Positions 60,701-64,000 of a DNA stretch of 64,000 nt are shown one piece after another (within the stretch, counting starts at the first letter, position 1; the number at the start of each line of letters is the position of its first letter). This stretch comes from Hamiltosporidium tvaerminnensis FI-OER-3-3 (Eukaryota > Fungi > Microsporidia): NCBI GenBank assembly GCA_022605425.2, contig CM061247.1, forward strand, positions 1,775,610 to 1,839,609, given 5' to 3'. Under the pieces are notes generated by a model. The model was given only the letters and a program-made list of their open reading frames with translations. It had not been told where the DNA came from and searched no databases. Position numbers and translations under genes: made by a program.

Positions 60701-61547
60701 TGTTGCCTCGTCATAGCATACCTGCGCAGCTTGCATGATATACGCGGCTTCCGTAATTGACTCAGGTACATGAGCTCCTGCATATTCACCGACTACTCGA
60801 TTTATGAGATCCAGAACTTTACTATCAACCAATTCATTTGGATGTTTTCTAGTTCGGACCACCACTTTTCCAATTTCGTTCTCAGAGATTTCTTTGATTT
60901 TACTCAAGAATTTATCTCTCAGGTTTATGTACTCCGTGGTGTCGGTCAAGGTGCATGTATCAGCGAGACAAGTGGCGATTCTACGTCGCTCTCCATTCTC
61001 TTCTGATTTTACATCCTTTCCCATCTCACTTTGTGCCAATTTTTTTAACACTTCGAGAGTTTCAGTGCAGCCGAATTTCTCATTATAGTACCTGTGAAGC
61101 TCTGTCCAGCCATTTCTTGGCATTCTTTCAAACCTTGTCTGTACTGCAAAAAAAACAATTCGAGGCCATTCCTTCGGGTCGGCTGTTACGGAATCGAATA
61201 TCGTCCGCAATGCCATTAGCCTGTTACCTTCCGGAATAGCTAGAGTACAGGGGCTTGTCATGTCGTACGATGGCTCGCACGCAGAGACTTCAACAGAAGA
61301 GGGAACTGGTGCATTAGGCGAAGGTAAGGTGTCAAGCCCACTATTTTGCATTTTACTGCATGTTTGGCTTTGTGGTGGAGGTGTTATTGTTGTGTAGGAG
61401 GAGGAAGGTAGGGGAATCGCCGGTGGGTGTAGCTTACATTTTTGTATCTCACTATCACTCTTTTTCACCTCATCAGCGTCGTTTGCAGCCTTTATTTTGG
61501 TATTATTCGATATTTCGCTGCTAACATTTTTCTTTCTACCCATAAAC
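57741..61547 (-). mobile_element. Full-length R4/Dong-type RLE non-LTR retrotransposon, copy B, 13 bp TSD
   Basis: TSD CTAAAACATTTAC at 57728-57740 and 61548-61560. About 99% identical to copy A, with a 4 nt leader and 41 nt 3' UTR. Confidence 0.95.
57782..61543 (-). CDS. RT + CCHC knuckle + restriction-like endonuclease polyprotein (1253 aa)
   Basis: Same motifs as 43878-47639; 7 amino-acid differences by my reading. Confidence 0.96.
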   Translation of the reverse strand: MGRKKNVSSEISNNTKIKAANDADEVKKSDSEIQKCKLHPPAIPLPSSSYTTITPPPQSQTCSKMQNSGLDTLPSPNAPVPSSVEVSACEPSYDMTSPCTLAIPEGNRLMALRTIFDSVTADPKEWPRIVFFAVQTRFERMPRNGWTELHRYYNEKFGCTETLEVLKKLAQSEMGKDVKSEENGERRRIATCLADTCTLTDTTEYINLRDKFLSKIKEISENEIGKVVVRTRKHPNELVDSKVLDLINRVVGEYAGAHVPESITEAAYIMQAAQVCYDEATRKEKPRSAWKEHIESKISKLVLSKDLLEKARKQEKLSTSETKSLKKIMREFNLNLSSVTDLSEALVKKNESLNVYEKKITMHESRKQFRKENRMFELFRGRFYRGLSERVESEHVVSRDEIVSFWSTMWNKNDDTVTYDDYLIPFVSDNHPTTFPSLDEFVNIINWLPNWKAAGIDGIYNFFIKKLTTLHKYLYDIVKVICLEGTPQADWFYCGLTYLIPKGIPRRGSDYRPITCMSNLYKLTTKCVTKVVQLEVERRGLLAENQLGAVRGVQGAKEQALLNIALNKEYGNNLKATWIDVKKAYDSIDHAYLIQCIENLNLPDWILKFIKVIISKWKIDISVGPEKIMSKKIDRGILQGDSLSPLLFVLCMDPLSRKLNEKYTKVTVQTDAESHSTNHLLFIDDLKLLAKDSSTLSAMTGEAKEFLEVIGLEINKEKSATNDMCCEDTATLLEGVSVYKYLGIIEDSRGIPTRSSFEEVQSKLISRVERLCHTRLNAKNLFSAINQHAISLINYHIGVLRLEPADFSKLDDAVRAVLVKNKIHLRPGCKERLYLPRTELGRGLHSVELRSEHMLLQLLDCLEKSKEISTRRAAILKVENNNKTHLALIKGFLKVKYRLVEEVTKKSLEEAQLAKLYNEIEKRKLHSKLYNARKNELVSVSDSSRWLKRGNIRPRNEAVFCYIQDRNVFWGADGVCQHCGKSGKTVDHLATRCEKMLGHDYTRRHNEVVRCLHLLLLNRYKFKSSKRIRSHSVQEILDNEYAEIRVDTRIKTDVKIRNNRPDIFILDKKKNKITLIEVGITSQDSLQIVETEKLRKYDLLANELGLIYRCSVEIIPYVMTWDGIVTKYHKSHLKRLEIPMNVEAYIQYIVLKKTVETISFDRRRGLESGLNAEESWERASMGVIMRSEMHEEPIPPLKEAKREEDGVKILKPKNNTPLISQGGTTLEEPTNNINEESDLEEETIVVKEVEENI

Positions 61548-62933
61548 CTAAAACATTTACAAATATTAAATAAAACAAACTTCTTGACTCCTTAAAATAT
61601 AATTGCTAGTGCTAAAAGTATCTTTAAGGATTAAAACCAATATTTCTTTTAATTTCTTTAATTTTTTTTGTTCTAATTTTCGATCGTTTCATATACTATA
61701 TAAAAATATATCGAGCTCAATCGAAAAAAATAAAGTTCCAATATTCGAAAGAAAACCGGATAAAATTTTATTTCAAATACATTTATATAGCTATTACAAG
61801 ATAAATTGTTATATCTTTAGTGGGTTTAAAGTATTAGAACATAATATTTTCTTGTCTTAGTTTTCATAGATTTGGAATTGTCAATACTTCTATAGTAAAA
61901 TGAATTGCACAAATTTAAAAAAATAGGTATTTGAAAATTCCATAAAACATAATCAAATTTTATACAAATAGAACTATCGACTCAACAAAATATCATTCGT
62001 AATATTAAAATTATTTTTAAAGTACTGAGCCAATATTTTTTTTAAGCACATTTTTACAAATTTTTAGATTGTTTCATATATTATATAGAAAATATATCGA
62101 ACAAAATCAGACTAAATTAGGTAACAAAAATTAATAGAAAAAGTAATCAAATTTTATTACAAACTATAAAATAATACTTAAAACCAAGCATTTGATATAT
62201 TTTAAGAAAATTAACTTCGAATTAAACAAATATTTTTAAAATCGTTTTTTTATAATATTTTTGAATCGTTAATATTACTATAGAAAAATGTAATGAAAAA
62301 ATTGAAAAATTTAGGTAATAAAAAATATTGAAAAAAATTCCAAATATAAAACCAAAGGAGACATAAAATATTATTGCACACCTATAAATAGTGCTTGCAG
62401 AAATTTTTTAAAAAAATAAAATATATTTCGGGTTCAATATTTTTCATAGTTTTGGAATTGTATATACCACTATAGTAAAATGAATTAAATAAATTTGAAA
62501 AAAAAATAATAAAAAAATTTAATAGAAAACATGACTTAATTTAAAAATATATAGACTCATTATGTTTTTATCCGAGAATTTGTTGCAATTTTATTAAATT
62601 TATATATTAAATCTTTTATTTATAAAACTTGATTGCTTCATGCATTATAGACCGAAAAACTTGAAACTAATGAAAAAAGATTATTAATAAATCTTAGTAA
62701 GAACAAATAATATAGTTTAGGCCTAAGTAACTTAATAGGTTATTATAAATTTAGCTTTGTATTTGCAGAAATTTTTAAGACATTAGCTATTATATATTTT
62801 TAGAATTTATTTTTTTTTACAATTTTTTAAATGTTAATACGAAAACTAGTCCGAGACTATACTTAAAAAAATCAAAAAAAATACACGCAAAAATTTACAA
62901 TAAATACTGCAAGTTTTAATTTTAAAACTCTAA

Positions 62934-64000
62934 TTAGGGTTAGGGTTAGGGTTAGGTTAGGGTTAGGGTTAGGGTTAGGGTTAGGGGTTAGGGTTAGGGT
63001 TAGGGTTAGGGTTAGGGTTAGGGTTAGGGTTAGGGTTAGGGTTAGGGTTAGGGTTAGGGTTAGGGTTAGGGTTAGGGTTAGGGTTAGGGTTAGGGTTAGG
63101 GTTAGGGTTAGGGTTAGGGTTAGGGTTAGGGTTAGGGTTAGGGTTAGGGTTAGGGTTAGGGTTAGGGTTAGGGTTAGGGTTAGGGTTAGGGTTAGGGTTA
63201 GGGTTAGGGTTAGGGTTAGGGTTAGGGTTAGGGTTAGGGTTAGGGTTAGGGTTAGGGTTAGGGTTAGGGTTAGGGTTAGGGTTAGGGTTAGGGTTAGGGT
63301 TAGGGTTAGGGTTAGGGTTAGGGTTAGGGTTAGGGTTAGGGTTAGGGTTAGGGTTAGGGTTAGGGTTAGGGTTAGGGTTAGGGTTAGGGTTAGGGTTAGG
63401 GTTAGGGTTAGGGTTAGGGTTAGGGTTAGGGTTAGGGTTAGGGTTAGGGTTAGGGTTAGGGTTAGGGTTAGGGTTAGGGTTAGGGTTAGGGTTAGGGTTA
63501 GGTTAGGGTTAGGGTTAGGGTTAGGGTTAGGGTTAGGGTTAGGGTTAGGGTTAGGGTTAGGGTTAGGGTTAGGGTTAGGGTTAGGGTTAGGGTTAGGGTT
63601 AGGGTTAGGGTTAGGGTTAGGGTTAGGGTTAGGGTTAGGGTTAGGGTTAGGGTTAGGGTTAGGGTTAGGGTTAGGGTTAGGGTTAGGGTTAGGGTTAGGG
63701 TTAGGGTTAGGGTTAGGGTTAGGGTTAGGGTTAGGGTTAGGGTTAGGGTTAGGGTTAGGGTTAGGGTTAGGGTTAGGGGTTAGGGTTAGGGTTAGGGTTA
63801 GGGTTAGGGTTAGGGTTAGGTTAGGGTTAGGGTTAGGGTTAGGGTTAGGGTTAGGGTTAGGGTTAGGGTTAGGGTTAGGGTTAGGGTTAGGGTTAGGGTT
63901 AGGGTTAGGGTTAGGGTTAGGGTTAGGGTTAGGGTTAGGGTTAGGGTTAGGGTTAGGGTTAGGGTTAGGGTTAGGGTTAGGGTTAGGGTTAGGGTTAGGG
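62934..64000 (+). repeat. Telomere (TTAGGG)n, ~178 units to the window end
   Basis: Near-perfect tandem TTAGGG. The only variants are TTAGG (~62952, ~63498, ~63816) and TTAGGGG (~62981, ~63773), which may be homopolymer sequencing errors. Confidence 0.99.

Larger units (their letters stand above)
55600..62933 (+). repeat. Diverged ~190 bp tandem repeat, array 3 (~18 monomers, interrupted by an R4 element, abuts the telomere)
   Basis: Anchor motif near 55770, 55965, 56150, 56341, 56533, 56721, 56913, 57105, 57297, 57470, 57663, 61686, 61880, 62071, 62268, 62460, 62635 and 62832. Confidence 0.85.

Noticed and set aside
43836-61547. The two intact R4 copies as products of a 13.9 kb segmental duplication
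   Set aside because: They have different TSDs and different positions in the monomer, and the near-identity stops at the element ends.

Overview
Very AT-rich eukaryotic chromosome end. The last ~1.07 kb (62934-64000) is a (TTAGGG)n telomere and the rest is gene-poor subtelomere. The compact genes, an AAATTT/CCC start signal and the GGGTGTTA repeats suggest a large-genome microsporidian (Hamiltosporidium-like; inference). Only two host genes are recognisable, both at the centromere-proximal end: an ER J-domain-like protein and an Sfp1-like zinc finger protein. Retroelements: two intact, ~99% identical R4/Dong-type RLE non-LTR elements with 13-14 bp TSDs and almost no UTRs; one decayed 5'-truncated copy; one intact two-ORF APE-RT LINE; and two copies of a ~730 bp non-coding, structured SINE-like element (one with a 15 bp TSD). 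All three families end in the same TTAAATAAA-type terminus with no poly(A) tail. The non-coding DNA is highly organised. It holds three arrays of a diverged ~190 bp monomer, which contain all three TSD-flanked insertions and onto which the telomere is joined directly. It also holds a CRISPR-like 53 bp-period array of a 21 bp palindrome, C-rich to G-rich blocks with scattered CCCTAA/TTAGGG, 10 bp-phased A-tracts, a GGGTGTTA motif array and several old segmental duplications. Alignments and counts were made by eye, so the boundaries of degenerate repeats are approximate.
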